Below are positions 20,058 through 30,282 of a stretch of DNA of 64,000 nt, in pieces. A program made the translations under genes and the position numbers. Each line of letters opens with the position of its first letter. Positions within the stretch are counted from its first letter, which is position 1. The notes under the pieces were generated by a model. It did no database searches and was not told the origin of the DNA. It saw only the letters and a program-made list of their open reading frames with translations. Source of the DNA: an uncultured Gemmatimonadales bacterium (lineage in GTDB: Bacteria; Gemmatimonadota; Gemmatimonadetes; Longimicrobiales; RSA9). The stretch is taken from assembly GCA_963816355.1 (NCBI GenBank), contig CAWFKH010000005.1, positions 192,001 to 256,000 of the forward strand, read 5' to 3'.

Positions 20058-21116
20058 TCACGGCTGTCCGAGCGTGGCGCGCACCTCGGCGGGCGCGTTC
20101 TGGAGGATCTCGGCCGAGCGCGGGTCGCCGGCGGCGCGGAGTGCCCGGATCAGCCCGATCCAGTTGAGGTTCGTCGACGGATCGAGCTCGAGTGCGCGTT
20201 GGTACTGCTCCGCCGCGGCGTCGTAGCGGTGGCGCTCGAAGAAGAAGTTGCCCAGCTCGCGGCGGACGTCAGCATCGTCCGGAGCGAGCGCAGCCGCGAT
20301 CCGGAGCTGACCCACGGCGTCGGCGTAGCGCTGCTGGCGGCGGAAGATGCGCGCGAGGTACAGCCGCGCCGTGATGTCGGTCGAGTCGTCCTGGACCGCG
20401 CGCTCGAACTGCTGCTCCGCAGCCGCCATCCGGCCGTCGGCGAAGGCGGCGATCCCGCGTTCCGTGGCGGATGAGCGGCGCGCGAGGAGGACCATCGCGA
20501 CAATGGCGATCAGGGCGACGGCGCCGAGAAGCCACAGGCCGCGCGCGCGTGTGCCGGCGCGCAGCGAGGCCGGAACGGCAGCGCCGCCCGCCGCGGCCGG
20601 CTCGCCCGCGGTGCCGGGTCCGGAGCCGCCCGCCGCGGTCGGCTCGGCGGAGGAGGTGGCGGCGGCCGCACCTCCGGGTCCGGCGGCCGCACCTCCGGAC
20701 CCGCCCGCCGCGGCCGGCGGCGCGGCGGCCGCGGCCCGCACGGCGTCACGCAGGCTGTGGACGGCGTGCAGGGCGGCGTCGGCGTCCGATGCCCGGACGT
20801 CGCCCGCGGCAGCGCGCTCGGCGGCGGCCCGGGTCTGGTGGATGGCGCCCGCGAGATCGATCGAGAGGAGATCACTGGAGCGAAGGGCGTCGACGACCTC
20901 GGCGGGCGGGAGCGCGTCGGGGGCGAGGGCGGAGAGGCGGAGCGCCTCGGGGGCGCGGACGTCGGCGCGCAGCAGCAGCCGGAGCGTGTGCTCGATGGCG
21001 GCCGCGACGGTCTGCAGGGCGGCGGCGAGCTCGTCCGTGCCGCGATAGCCGTGGAGGGTCCGGACCGCAGCCTCCGCCTCGTCGAGGGGGAGGAGCACCC
21101 GGGACGGATCGATCAT
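20058..21116 (-). CDS. Membrane-anchored TPR protein
   Basis: Central TM helix (GLWLLGAVALIAIVAMVLLA) then TPR motifs (AAAEQYQRALELDP). Confidence 0.85.
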   Translation of the reverse strand: MIDPSRVLLPLDEAEAAVRTLHGYRGTDELAAALQTVAAAIEHTLRLLLRADVRAPEALRLSALAPDALPPAEVVDALRSSDLLSIDLAGAIHQTRAAAERAAAGDVRASDADAALHAVHSLRDAVRAAAAAPPAAAGGSGGAAAGPGGAAAATSSAEPTAAGGSGPGTAGEPAAAGGAAVPASLRAGTRARGLWLLGAVALIAIVAMVLLARRSSATERGIAAFADGRMAAAEQQFERAVQDDSTDITARLYLARIFRRQQRYADAVGQLRIAAALAPDDADVRRELGNFFFERHRYDAAAEQYQRALELDPSTNLNWIGLIRALRAAGDPRSAEILQNAPAEVRATLGQP

Positions 21117-21120
21117 GCGG

Positions 21121-22200
21121 TCAGCGATCGATGCTCACGCGTCCGACGCGGGCGAGTCCGAGGAGAAACGCCTCCGGGTCGTCAGCGGGGATGCGGCGCG
21201 CGTCGGGCGGCGTCGCGGCACGCGCGAAGCGCCGCATGAATTCGGCGACGGTCTCGTCGGGGCGGCCGGCGGCGTCGCGCATCTGGCGCACGATGTCGAG
21301 CCACGTCCCGGCGAAGACGCGGCCGTCGTCGCCGCGCACCTGATGGAGGAGGTGGCGCGGCGGAGTGGCGTCGCCGGGATCGAAGAGCTCGAGCTGCGGC
21401 GGCTCGGAGGCTTCCTGCTCGATGCGCGCGAGCAGTTCCTCGGTGGGGTCGTCGTAGGCTTCGATCTCGTCGAGGCGATCGGCCCAGACGCGAATCTCGG
21501 AGGCGTCGTCGCTCCGCCCCTGGAGGGCGCGCTTGAGCTCGAGGATGCGCCAGAGTGCGACGGGATCCCAGTGCTCAGCGGGCGGCACCTTCTCGTACTG
21601 CCCGAGGGCGAGCTCCCATTCGCCGCGGTCGTAGTGGATGTGGCCGAGGTAGACGGCGGCCTCGTAGTGGCGAGCGTCGAGCTTGACGGCGCGGCGCAGG
21701 AGGCGGCGGGCGGCGCTGGTCTCGCCGAGGCGGTGGAGCGTGTAGCCGAGGGCGGCGGCGGCTTCGGCGCTGTCGGGCCGGATCGTCGCGGCTTCGGCGA
21801 AGGCCTCGCGGGCCTCTTCGAACAATTCCTCGCGGTAGAGCGCACGGCCGATGGAGAGGAGGAGCTCGAGGTCGTCGTCGGCGACGATGTCACGCACGTG
21901 CTGGAAGAGGACGAGCGCCTCATTGCGGCGGCCGATGCGGAGCAGCACCTCGCCGAGGCCGACCAGCGCGTCCTCGTGCTCCGCGTCGAGGACCAGCGAC
22001 TTCTCGAACGCTTCGCGCGCCCATGCGAACTCCTCGCGCGCGAGGCGGGCGTAGCCGAGGCCGACGAAGAGGTCGACGGAGTTGGGGTAGAGGCGGATCG
22101 CCTCCTTCAGCGTCTCCAGAGCGGCGTCGTACTCGCCCTTGTTGTAGAGCTGGTGGGCCCGCTCGTCGTACTCTTCCGCGCTGAGGAACGGAGTGGCCAT
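21121..22200 (-). CDS. TPR protein
   Basis: Several TPR repeats (EAIRLYP, FEKSLVLD, AVKLD) plus a C-terminal domain. Confidence 0.9.
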   Translation of the reverse strand: MATPFLSAEEYDERAHQLYNKGEYDAALETLKEAIRLYPNSVDLFVGLGYARLAREEFAWAREAFEKSLVLDAEHEDALVGLGEVLLRIGRRNEALVLFQHVRDIVADDDLELLLSIGRALYREELFEEAREAFAEAATIRPDSAEAAAALGYTLHRLGETSAARRLLRRAVKLDARHYEAAVYLGHIHYDRGEWELALGQYEKVPPAEHWDPVALWRILELKRALQGRSDDASEIRVWADRLDEIEAYDDPTEELLARIEQEASEPPQLELFDPGDATPPRHLLHQVRGDDGRVFAGTWLDIVRQMRDAAGRPDETVAEFMRRFARAATPPDARRIPADDPEAFLLGLARVGRVSIDR

Positions 22201-22320
22201 GAGGTCCGTGCCTCCTGACTGCGTTGTCGGGGTCGTCGGGGAGGGAGCCGGTGGATCGAGCCGGCTCGAAACAATGTAATGTCGGCATCGCGCGCGGGCT
22301 ACCCCGGGCGAGGCGCACCA

Positions 22321-24210
22321 CTAGTGCGGTGCGGGGGCGGGCGGCTTCGGCGGGTCGACGACGGGTCGGCCGAGCTTCGACCAGTCGACGGGTAGGCCGT
22401 GCTCGCCGCGCAGCCGCGGCGTGGCGTACATCTGGAACGGGTGTCCGTACTTGCGGTCGAGGTAGAAGTTGATCGCCTCGGCGACGGGGCCGGAGGCTTC
22501 GGTGCCGTGCTGGCCGTGCTCGAGGAAGCCGGCGACGACGATGTCGACCGGGCGGCCGGTGGGCCCGCCGAGGCCGACGAACCAGGCGTGGTCGGGGCCG
22601 GAAGGGGCCTGCGCGGTGCCGGTCTTGCCCATGATGTCCCAGTCAGGGAGGCGGCTGAGGTAGGCGGTGCCGCCGGGCGAGAGCACGCGTCGCATGCCGG
22701 CCTCGAGGTACCAGACGTCGCGGGCGTCGAGGTTGATATGGAAGGTGTCGGCGGGCGGTCTACCCATGGCGAGGCGCGGCGAGGGGACGCGGCCGTCGGG
22801 GCGTGAGATGGCGGCGTAGATCTCGGCCATGCGGAGCAGCGTCATCGTCTGCGGGCCCTGTCCGATGGAGAGCGCCATGATCTCGTTCTCGGCGGGCGTG
22901 TAGCCGAAGCGACGTCGCCAGAAGTCGAGGCCGTCGGGAAACGTGTTCGCGATCTCGTTCGGCAGGTCGATGCCGGTGCGCTGGGTGAAGCCGAAGCGGA
23001 GCCCGGTCTTGATGTAGCGCTCGAGACCGATCTTGATGCCGACCTGATAGAAGTAGACGTCGCAGGAGTTCTTGATGCCGCCGACGAGGTCCTGGTAGCC
23101 GTGCACGCCCCAGCAGCGGGCGTAGCGGCCGCCGTAGCTCATGCCGCCGGTGCAGGGGACGGGCATGTGGGCTTCGGGATCGAGGACGCCGAGGTCGAGC
23201 GCCATCGCGGCGACGGCGAGCTTCCAGGTGGATGCGGGCGGCTGCGCGGAGCCGCCGACGCGGTCGAGGAGCGGCTTGTTCGGATCGGTGTTGAGCTGCT
23301 TCCAGAGCGTGGCGCTGATGCCGCCGACGAACTGGTTCGGATCGTAGGAGGGGTGGCTGTAGTAGGCGAGGATCCCGCCGGTCTTGGGGTCGAGCGCGAC
23401 CATGCCGCCGTTGAGGTTCCGGGGGAAGATGGCGGCGATGTACTTCTGCAGGTCGAGGTCGAGGTAGAGCTGCAGGTCGTGGCCGGGGATCGGCGGCTCG
23501 CCCATCTCCTCGGGGAGCCAGCGCTTGATGCGGCCGGCCGCGTCGACTTCCAGGTAGCGGACGCCCGGCTCGCCGCCGAGGACGCGCTCGTACTGGCGCT
23601 CGAGGCCCGCCTTCCCGATCCAGCGACCCTGCTGATAGCCGGCGAAATCCGGCCGCTTCAGCTCCGCCTCGCTGATCTCGGAGACGTAGCCGATGAGGTG
23701 CGCGATGGCGCTCCCCGCCGGGTAGTGGCGCTTCGGGTATTCGTGGATGAGGACGCTGGGATAGAGGTAGCGGCGTTCCTCGATGCGGGCGACCACGCCG
23801 GGTGCGGCGTCGGAGAGCACCTCCATGGGGAAGGCGGGGGCGCGGCGGTAGCGGCGGAAGGCGGCCTCGACCTCGTCGTCGCTCATGGCGAGGAGCGGCT
23901 GCAGGCGCGCGATCTCAGCGCGCAGCGAGTCGATGGGGGCGGGCATGAGGAGGACGCGGTAGCCGACGACGTTCTCCGCGACGACGTCGCCATGGCGGTC
24001 GTATATGGTGCCGCGGGGCGCCCGCACGGTGATCGGGCGCATGCGGTTCTCCTTCGCCATGAGCGCGTAGCGGGCGGCGGAGGCGACCTGCACGTGGTAG
24101 AGGGTGTAGCCGAGGACGAGCACGAGGAGGGCGATGACGACGCGGGCCCACGTGCCGCGTCGCTTCCGCTGCGAGCGCGGCTGCTCCACCTTCGTCCTGC
24201 GATCGATCAT
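22321..24210 (-). CDS. mrdA: Penicillin-binding protein 2 (class B)
   Basis: N-terminal TM, APRGTIYDRHG, IGKAGLE, SxxK (STWK), SCD, KTGTAQ, DHAWF. Confidence 0.9.
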   Translation of the reverse strand: MIDRRTKVEQPRSQRKRRGTWARVVIALLVLVLGYTLYHVQVASAARYALMAKENRMRPITVRAPRGTIYDRHGDVVAENVVGYRVLLMPAPIDSLRAEIARLQPLLAMSDDEVEAAFRRYRRAPAFPMEVLSDAAPGVVARIEERRYLYPSVLIHEYPKRHYPAGSAIAHLIGYVSEISEAELKRPDFAGYQQGRWIGKAGLERQYERVLGGEPGVRYLEVDAAGRIKRWLPEEMGEPPIPGHDLQLYLDLDLQKYIAAIFPRNLNGGMVALDPKTGGILAYYSHPSYDPNQFVGGISATLWKQLNTDPNKPLLDRVGGSAQPPASTWKLAVAAMALDLGVLDPEAHMPVPCTGGMSYGGRYARCWGVHGYQDLVGGIKNSCDVYFYQVGIKIGLERYIKTGLRFGFTQRTGIDLPNEIANTFPDGLDFWRRRFGYTPAENEIMALSIGQGPQTMTLLRMAEIYAAISRPDGRVPSPRLAMGRPPADTFHINLDARDVWYLEAGMRRVLSPGGTAYLSRLPDWDIMGKTGTAQAPSGPDHAWFVGLGGPTGRPVDIVVAGFLEHGQHGTEASGPVAEAINFYLDRKYGHPFQMYATPRLRGEHGLPVDWSKLGRPVVDPPKPPAPAPH

Positions 24211-24279
24211 GCGACTCCCCCCGCCGGCGTCGTGGCTTGATACGCGGCGGCAGGGGGCACGTTCCGGACCGTCGCGGTC

Positions 24280-24561
24280 TCAGGCGGCGTTTGCGTCCTC
24301 TTCCTCGGCCGGAATATCTTGGCGGCCGTGCGGGATGACGGGGGCGCAGAAGCGGAGGCCGATCTCGCGGAGCTGTGCGAGGTCCGTCTCGCCGAGACTC
24401 GGGTAGCGCTCGGCCATGAAGTCGATCGTCTCCCCCATCCACTCCTGCTTCTGCTCGTCGCTGGCGTCGAGAACCCCACAGCGGTGGATATGACTGAAGA
24501 GCTCGTCGCGAGCGCGTTCGAGCGCGGTCGTCTGATGGTTGCGCGCCAAGGCAGCCTCCAC
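24280..24561 (-). CDS. Small hypothetical protein (HRCG...FCAPVIxHG)
   Basis: Clear paralog at 37771-38124. Confidence 0.8.
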   Translation of the reverse strand: MEAALARNHQTTALERARDELFSHIHRCGVLDASDEQKQEWMGETIDFMAERYPSLGETDLAQLREIGLRFCAPVIPHGRQDIPAEEEDANAA

Positions 24562-24660
24562 ATCGAGGGATGCGGCCGCGTCCGTCGCGGAGGGAGCCGT
24601 CGGACGGCGGCCATGTCATGGGTGGTTTGAGCGACCGGAATATACCTTCCCTCCCGTTGG

Positions 24661-26271
24661 ATGCAACCGCCGATGCCGAGCCTCGATCCGGTCCGCCTGG
24701 AGATCTATCGCCACCTCTTCACCGCGCTCGCGGAGGAGATGGGCGCGGCGCTCCGGCACTCCGCGTATTCGCCCAACATCAAGGAGCGCCGCGACTACTC
24801 GTGCGCGCTCTTCGACGCGTGGGGGCGGGTGGTCGCGATGGGCGACCACATGCCGGTCCACCTGGGCGCGATGCCGGCGAGCGTGGCGGCGGCGATGGCG
24901 GCGCTCGGGCCGCTGGAGCGGGGCGACGTCGTCGCCCTCAATGACCCGTTTCGCGGCGGCACGCACCTGCCGGACATCACGCTCGTCGCGCCGGTCTTCG
25001 TGCCCGGCGCGGAGGGCGGCGAGCCGCTCGCGCTGCTCGCGGCGCGGGCGCACCACGCGGACGTGGGCGGGATGGCGGCGGGCTCGATGCCTCTCGCGCG
25101 CGAGATCTATCAGGAGGGATTGCGGCTGCCGCCGGTGCGGCTGCTGTCGCGTGGCGAGCGCTGCGCGGACGTGTGGCGGATCCTGCTTGCGAACGTGCGC
25201 ACGCCGCGGGAGCGGCAGGGCGACCTGTCGGCGCAGCTCGCGGCGCTGAACGCCGGCGAGCGCCGCCTGCACGAGCTGGTCGCCCGCCACGGCGTGGCGG
25301 AAGTGGTCACGGCGATGGAGGCGCTGCTCGCCTACGCGGACCGCCTCGCGCGCGCGGGCGTGTCCCGAATCCCCGACGGGGCATACGTCGCCGAGGACGC
25401 GATCGAAGACGACGGCTTCGGCTCCGGTCCGCTGGCGATCCGCGTGACCGTACGCGTGCGCGGCGACGCGATCGAATTCGACTTCACCGGCACGGCGCCG
25501 CAGGCGGCGGGCGGCGTGAACGCGGTGGCGGCGATCACGACATCGTGCGTCCGCTACGCGGTGCGTTGCGTGGTGGAGGCGCTGATCGGGCAGGCGCTGC
25601 CGGCGGGGGGCGGCGAGATGTCGTGCCTGTCTCTCGTGTTGCCGCCGCGCACGCTCGTCGCCGCGGAGCCGCCCGCGAGCGTCGCGGCGGGGAATGTGGA
25701 GACGTCGCAGCGGATCACGGACGTCGTGCTGCTCGCGCTCGGAGAGGCGCTGCCGGAGCAGATCCCGGCGCAGTCGCAGGGGACGATGAACAACGTGACG
25801 ATCGGGGGCGTCGACCCGCGCAGCGGTGAGCCGTTCGCGTACTACGAGACGATCGCGGGCGGCCAGGGCGGCGGGGCACAGGGGCCGGGGCTGTCGGCCG
25901 TGCACGTGCACATGACCAATTCGCGGAACACGCCGGTGGAGGCGCTCGAGCACGCTTATCCGCTGCGTGTCGTGCGCTACGCGGTGCGGCGCGGCACCGG
26001 CGGCGCGGGGCGGCACGCGGGGGGCGACGGCGTGCGTCGCGACATCGAGCTGCTGAGCGACGCGACGGTGAGCCTGCTCACGGAGCGGCGCGTGCGGGCG
26101 CCGGCCGGCCGGGCAGGCGGGGCCGATGGCGCGCGCGGCGAGAACGTGCTGCTGCGGCACGGGAGCGAGGAGCCGCTCGCGGGCAAGGGCACGCTGCGCC
26201 TGGAGCGCGGCGCCGTGCTGAGCATCCGCACGCCGGGCGGGGGCGGCTGGGGCGAGGCGGAAGAGGGGTAG
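24661..26271 (+). CDS. Hydantoinase B/oxoprolinase family protein
   Basis: AYSPNIKERRDYSCALFD, PVHLG, NDPFRGGTHLPD, EIYQEG, QGTMNN, TPGGGG. Confidence 0.93.
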   Translation: MQPPMPSLDPVRLEIYRHLFTALAEEMGAALRHSAYSPNIKERRDYSCALFDAWGRVVAMGDHMPVHLGAMPASVAAAMAALGPLERGDVVALNDPFRGGTHLPDITLVAPVFVPGAEGGEPLALLAARAHHADVGGMAAGSMPLAREIYQEGLRLPPVRLLSRGERCADVWRILLANVRTPRERQGDLSAQLAALNAGERRLHELVARHGVAEVVTAMEALLAYADRLARAGVSRIPDGAYVAEDAIEDDGFGSGPLAIRVTVRVRGDAIEFDFTGTAPQAAGGVNAVAAITTSCVRYAVRCVVEALIGQALPAGGGEMSCLSLVLPPRTLVAAEPPASVAAGNVETSQRITDVVLLALGEALPEQIPAQSQGTMNNVTIGGVDPRSGEPFAYYETIAGGQGGGAQGPGLSAVHVHMTNSRNTPVEALEHAYPLRVVRYAVRRGTGGAGRHAGGDGVRRDIELLSDATVSLLTERRVRAPAGRAGGADGARGENVLLRHGSEEPLAGKGTLRLERGAVLSIRTPGGGGWGEAEEG

Positions 26272-26408
26272 ACGCGCGGGACGCGTGCGGCGGCTCGCGG
26301 CTGCGCGGGCCGAGCCGTGTGGCGGATTTCCCTACGTGGTGCCAGATTGTCGCGATTCTCCCGACAATGCAACCCACACGAACCGTTCACCGCAACAAGG
26401 AAGGCACC

Positions 26409-27917
26409 GTGGACCTGTTCGTCCGCAAGTCGATCGACGAACTGCGCGCCCAGGCGTTCACCGAGGACGAGCACTCGCTGCGGCGCGCGCTCACGGCGAC
26501 GAACCTGGTGCTGCTCGGCATCGGCGCGATCATCGGCGCAGGGATCTTCGTGCTGACGGGGACGGCGGCCGCGCAGTACGCGGGGCCCGCGGTGGTGATC
26601 TCCTTCATCATCGCGGGCGTGGGATGCGCGCTCGCGGGGCTGTGCTACGCGGAGTTCGCGGCGATGATCCCGATCGCGGGGAGCGCGTACACGTACAGCT
26701 ACGCGACGCTGGGCGAGTTCGTGGCGTGGATCATCGGCTGGGACCTGATCCTGGAATACCTGTTCGGCTCGGCGACGGTCGCGGTGGGCTGGTCGGGGTA
26801 CTTCGTCGCGTTCCTGAAGGAGCTGGGCATCGATCTGCCGGCGGGATGGACGCAGGCGCCGCTGGACGTGGTGGGGACGCACACCCTGGTGCGCACGGCG
26901 GGCGGCGTGATCAACCTGCCGGCGATCGCCCTGATCCTGTGCATGACGGCGCTGTTGGTGATCGGGATCAAGGAGTCCGCCCGCTTCAACAACGTGATCG
27001 TGTTCCTGAAGACCGGCATCGTGGTGCTCGTCATCGTGTTCGGCTTCAGCCACGTGAATACGGCGAACTGGCACCCGCTGATCCCGCCGGGAACGGGTGA
27101 GTTCGGCCACTACGGCTGGACCGGCATCGTGCGGGCCGCGGCGGTCGTCTTCTTCGCCTACATCGGGTTCGACGCGGTTTCGACGGCGGCCCAGGAAGCG
27201 AAGAATCCGCAGAAGGACATGCCGATCGGGATGCTCGGCTCACTGGCGATCTGTACCGTGCTCTACATTCTGATGTCACTGGTGATGACCGGCCTCGCGA
27301 ACTACACGCAGCTGGACGTGCCGCACCCCGTGTACGTCGCGGTCGCGGCCGCGGGCCCGGCGCTCGCGTGGCTGACGTACTTCATCAACATCGCCGCGAT
27401 CGCGGGCCTCGCCTCGGTGGTGCTCGTGATGCTGATGGGGCAGCCGCGCATCTTCTACACAATGGCGCGCGACGGGCTGCTTCCGGACGTGTTCTCGAAG
27501 GTGCACCCGCGGTTCCGCACGCCCTACATCACGACGATCGTGACGGGGCTCACGGCGGCGCTCATCGCCGGCTTCTTCCCCATCGCGCTGCTCGGCGAGC
27601 TCGTGTCGATCGGGACCCTGCTCGCGTTCGTGATCGTGTGCGGCGGCGTGTGGTACCTGCGCGTCCACGAGCCGGACCGCGAGCGGCCGTTCCGCACGCC
27701 GTGGGTGCCGTTCGTCCCGATCATGGGGATCCTCGTGTGCGGCTTCATGATGTGGTTCCTGCCGATCGACACGTGGGTCCGCCTGATCGTGTGGATGCTG
27801 ATCGGACTGGTCATCTACTTCGTGTACGGCCGCAGCCACAGCGTGCTGCGGCGAACCGGCCACGGAGCGACGATCGGGCCCGAAGCGCCGGAGCCGACCT
27901 ACACCGAGCCGAAGTAG
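26409..27917 (+). CDS. APC family amino acid permease
   Basis: GIGAIIGAGIF, LCYAEFA, GSAYTYSY, FAYIGFDAVST; about 12 TM segments. Confidence 0.95.
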   Translation: MDLFVRKSIDELRAQAFTEDEHSLRRALTATNLVLLGIGAIIGAGIFVLTGTAAAQYAGPAVVISFIIAGVGCALAGLCYAEFAAMIPIAGSAYTYSYATLGEFVAWIIGWDLILEYLFGSATVAVGWSGYFVAFLKELGIDLPAGWTQAPLDVVGTHTLVRTAGGVINLPAIALILCMTALLVIGIKESARFNNVIVFLKTGIVVLVIVFGFSHVNTANWHPLIPPGTGEFGHYGWTGIVRAAAVVFFAYIGFDAVSTAAQEAKNPQKDMPIGMLGSLAICTVLYILMSLVMTGLANYTQLDVPHPVYVAVAAAGPALAWLTYFINIAAIAGLASVVLVMLMGQPRIFYTMARDGLLPDVFSKVHPRFRTPYITTIVTGLTAALIAGFFPIALLGELVSIGTLLAFVIVCGGVWYLRVHEPDRERPFRTPWVPFVPIMGILVCGFMMWFLPIDTWVRLIVWMLIGLVIYFVYGRSHSVLRRTGHGATIGPEAPEPTYTEPK

Positions 27918-27931
27918 CGGCCGCACGCGTC

Positions 27932-30182
27932 ATGCCTGCCGCAGGGGCGGCCGCCGGACCCGTCCGGCGGCCGCCGCGTCCGCGCCCACCCCACCCCTCC
28001 GCTGCTCCGCTTCGCGCTCGCCGCCGCGCTGGGCCTTGGCGGCTTCGCCGCGGCGGCGGCACCGCTCGCGGCGCGGGGATCCGCGGCGCTTGAAGCCGCG
28101 GCCGCCGAAGCCGCGGCACAGACGCCCGCGTCGGCGGGCGACACGATCTTCCCGCTGCCGCGGATCGTGGTGCATGCCCTCGGACCCGCGCTGCCCGTCA
28201 CGCGGGCGCCGTACGCCGTCACCGTGGTGGCGGCGCCCCTCCCGCGTGCTTCCGCACCGTCGCTCTCCCTCGCGGCTACTCTGGCGGCCGTCCCCGGCGT
28301 CGAGGTGGACGACCGCCACGACCACGCGCTCGGCGATCGCATCTCGATCCGCGGCTTCGGCGCGCGCTCCCAGTTCGGCGTCCGTGGCGTGGCCGTGCGG
28401 CTGGACGGCGTTCCACTGACGTTGCCGGACGGACAGACGACGCTGAGCCTGATCGACCCGGCGTTCCTCGATCGCGTGGAGGCGCTGCGCGGCCCCGCCT
28501 CCGCGCTCTACGGCAACGCGGCGGGAGGCGTCCTCCTGCTCGAGACGCGGCCGCCGCCGTCGCACGGCACCTCGGCACGGGGCGAGGCGGTTGCGGGCTC
28601 GTGGGGCGTGCGACGGATCGCGGCGGAGGGCGGCGCGGCGTGGGGGGGTGGCGGCGGCGTGCGCGCGGCCGTGAGTCGCGTCCGTTCCGGCGGGTTCCGC
28701 CGGCACGCGGCCGCCGACGTGTGGCGCGGGCACGCGCGCGCCCGCCTGGCGATGGGGGCGGAGGCCGCGCTGGACATCGCGCTCGACGGCACGACGTACG
28801 ACGCGCAGAACCCGGGTTCGCTTTCCGACTCGCTGCTGGCGAAGGACCCGCGCGCGGCGTTCGCGACGAACGTGAGGGACGACACCGGTGAGCGAGCGGA
28901 CGCGGCGCAGCTCGCCGCGCACGTGCGGGTGCCGCTCGGAGCCGCGCGCCTCGACGTGACGGGCTACGGCCGGCTGCGCCGGGTGGACAACCCGATTCCG
29001 ACGCGCGTCGTGGCGGTCGACCGCCGCGTGGGAGGCGTGGAGGCGCGCGTCGCGAGCGGCGAGGGCGGAGGTGGAAGCGAAGGGCGCGACGAGGGCAGGC
29101 GGGCGGAGCGCGGTCGCGGGGAGGGCGGGCCGGAGGAGCGCGGGCGCCCCATCGCGTGGATCGCCGGCGTGCAGCTCGGTGAGCAGTCGGACCTGCGGCG
29201 CAACTTCGCGAACGAGGCGGGCGCTCGGGGCGACGTCGTCCTGGACCAGCGCGAGCGCGTGCGTCTGGGCGCAATTTTCGCGCGGGTGTACGCGCGTGCG
29301 GCGGAACATGTGGGCGTGCTGGCGGGGCTGCGCTACGACGCCTACCGCTTCCGCGCGATCGACCACCTCGTGAGCGCGACCGATCCGGACGATTCGGGGC
29401 GGCGTGCGATGGCGGCGTGGAGCCCGACGCTCGGCGTCGACGTCGCGCTCGCCCCGTCGCTCGCGGTGTATGCGAACGCGGGGACGGCGTTCGAGACGCC
29501 GACGACGTCCGAGCTGACCAACAGGCCGAGCGGCGCGGGCGGTTTCAATGCGGAGCTGCAGCCGCAGCGCACGGTGTCGGTGGAGGTGGGCGCGAAGGGG
29601 CTCTTGCGCGGGCGCGTCCTGTACGAGCTGGCGGCGTACCGTGCGCGGGTGCGTGACGAGCTGGTGCCGTTCGAGGTCGAGGCCGTGCCGGGCCGCCAGT
29701 ACTTCCGCAACGCGGGCTCCGCGGTCCACCGGGGGATCGAGGTGCTGCTGCGCGTGGCGTTGTCCGGCGGCCTCGAGGCGCACGCCGCCTACACCCTCAC
29801 CGACGCCCGCTTCGACGCGTACCGGCTGGACGGCGTCGACCTGCACGGGCATCGCGTCCCCGGCGTCGCCCCGCAACGGCTCGACGTCGGCGCCGCGTGG
29901 AGGACCGCCGGCGTCCGCGCCGCGGCCGATGCGCGCTTCGTCGGCGCCACGCCGGTCGACGACGCCGCTGCCGCGCGCAGTCCCGGGTACGTCGTGGTGG
30001 ACCTCGCGTTCGACGCGCCGCCGCTGGCGCTCGGCGCCGCTCGCGCGACGCCGTTCCTCGCGATCGACAACGTTCTCGACCGCGCCTACGTGGGCTCGGT
30101 CACGGTCAACGCCTTCGGCGGTCGCTACTACGAGCCGGCGCCGCGGCGCTCGATCTATGCGGGGCTGCGTTTCGGCGGCTGA
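27932..30182 (+). CDS. TonB-dependent receptor (5' end irregular)
   Basis: Plug motifs ISIRGFG, LDGVP, VEALRGPASALYG; C-terminal NVLDRAY...PRRSIYAGLRF. A signal-peptide-like stretch is in frame upstream of 28167, but ATG 27932 is out of frame by one base. Confidence 0.85.
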
Positions 30183-30282
30183 GCGGGAGGCGCTACGTCC
30201 GGGGGGTTCCGCTTGGCGGCCGTGGCGGCGGGGTCTATCTTTTTCGCGGGTGCGATCAACGGACGACGACGGGAAGGCGAGG

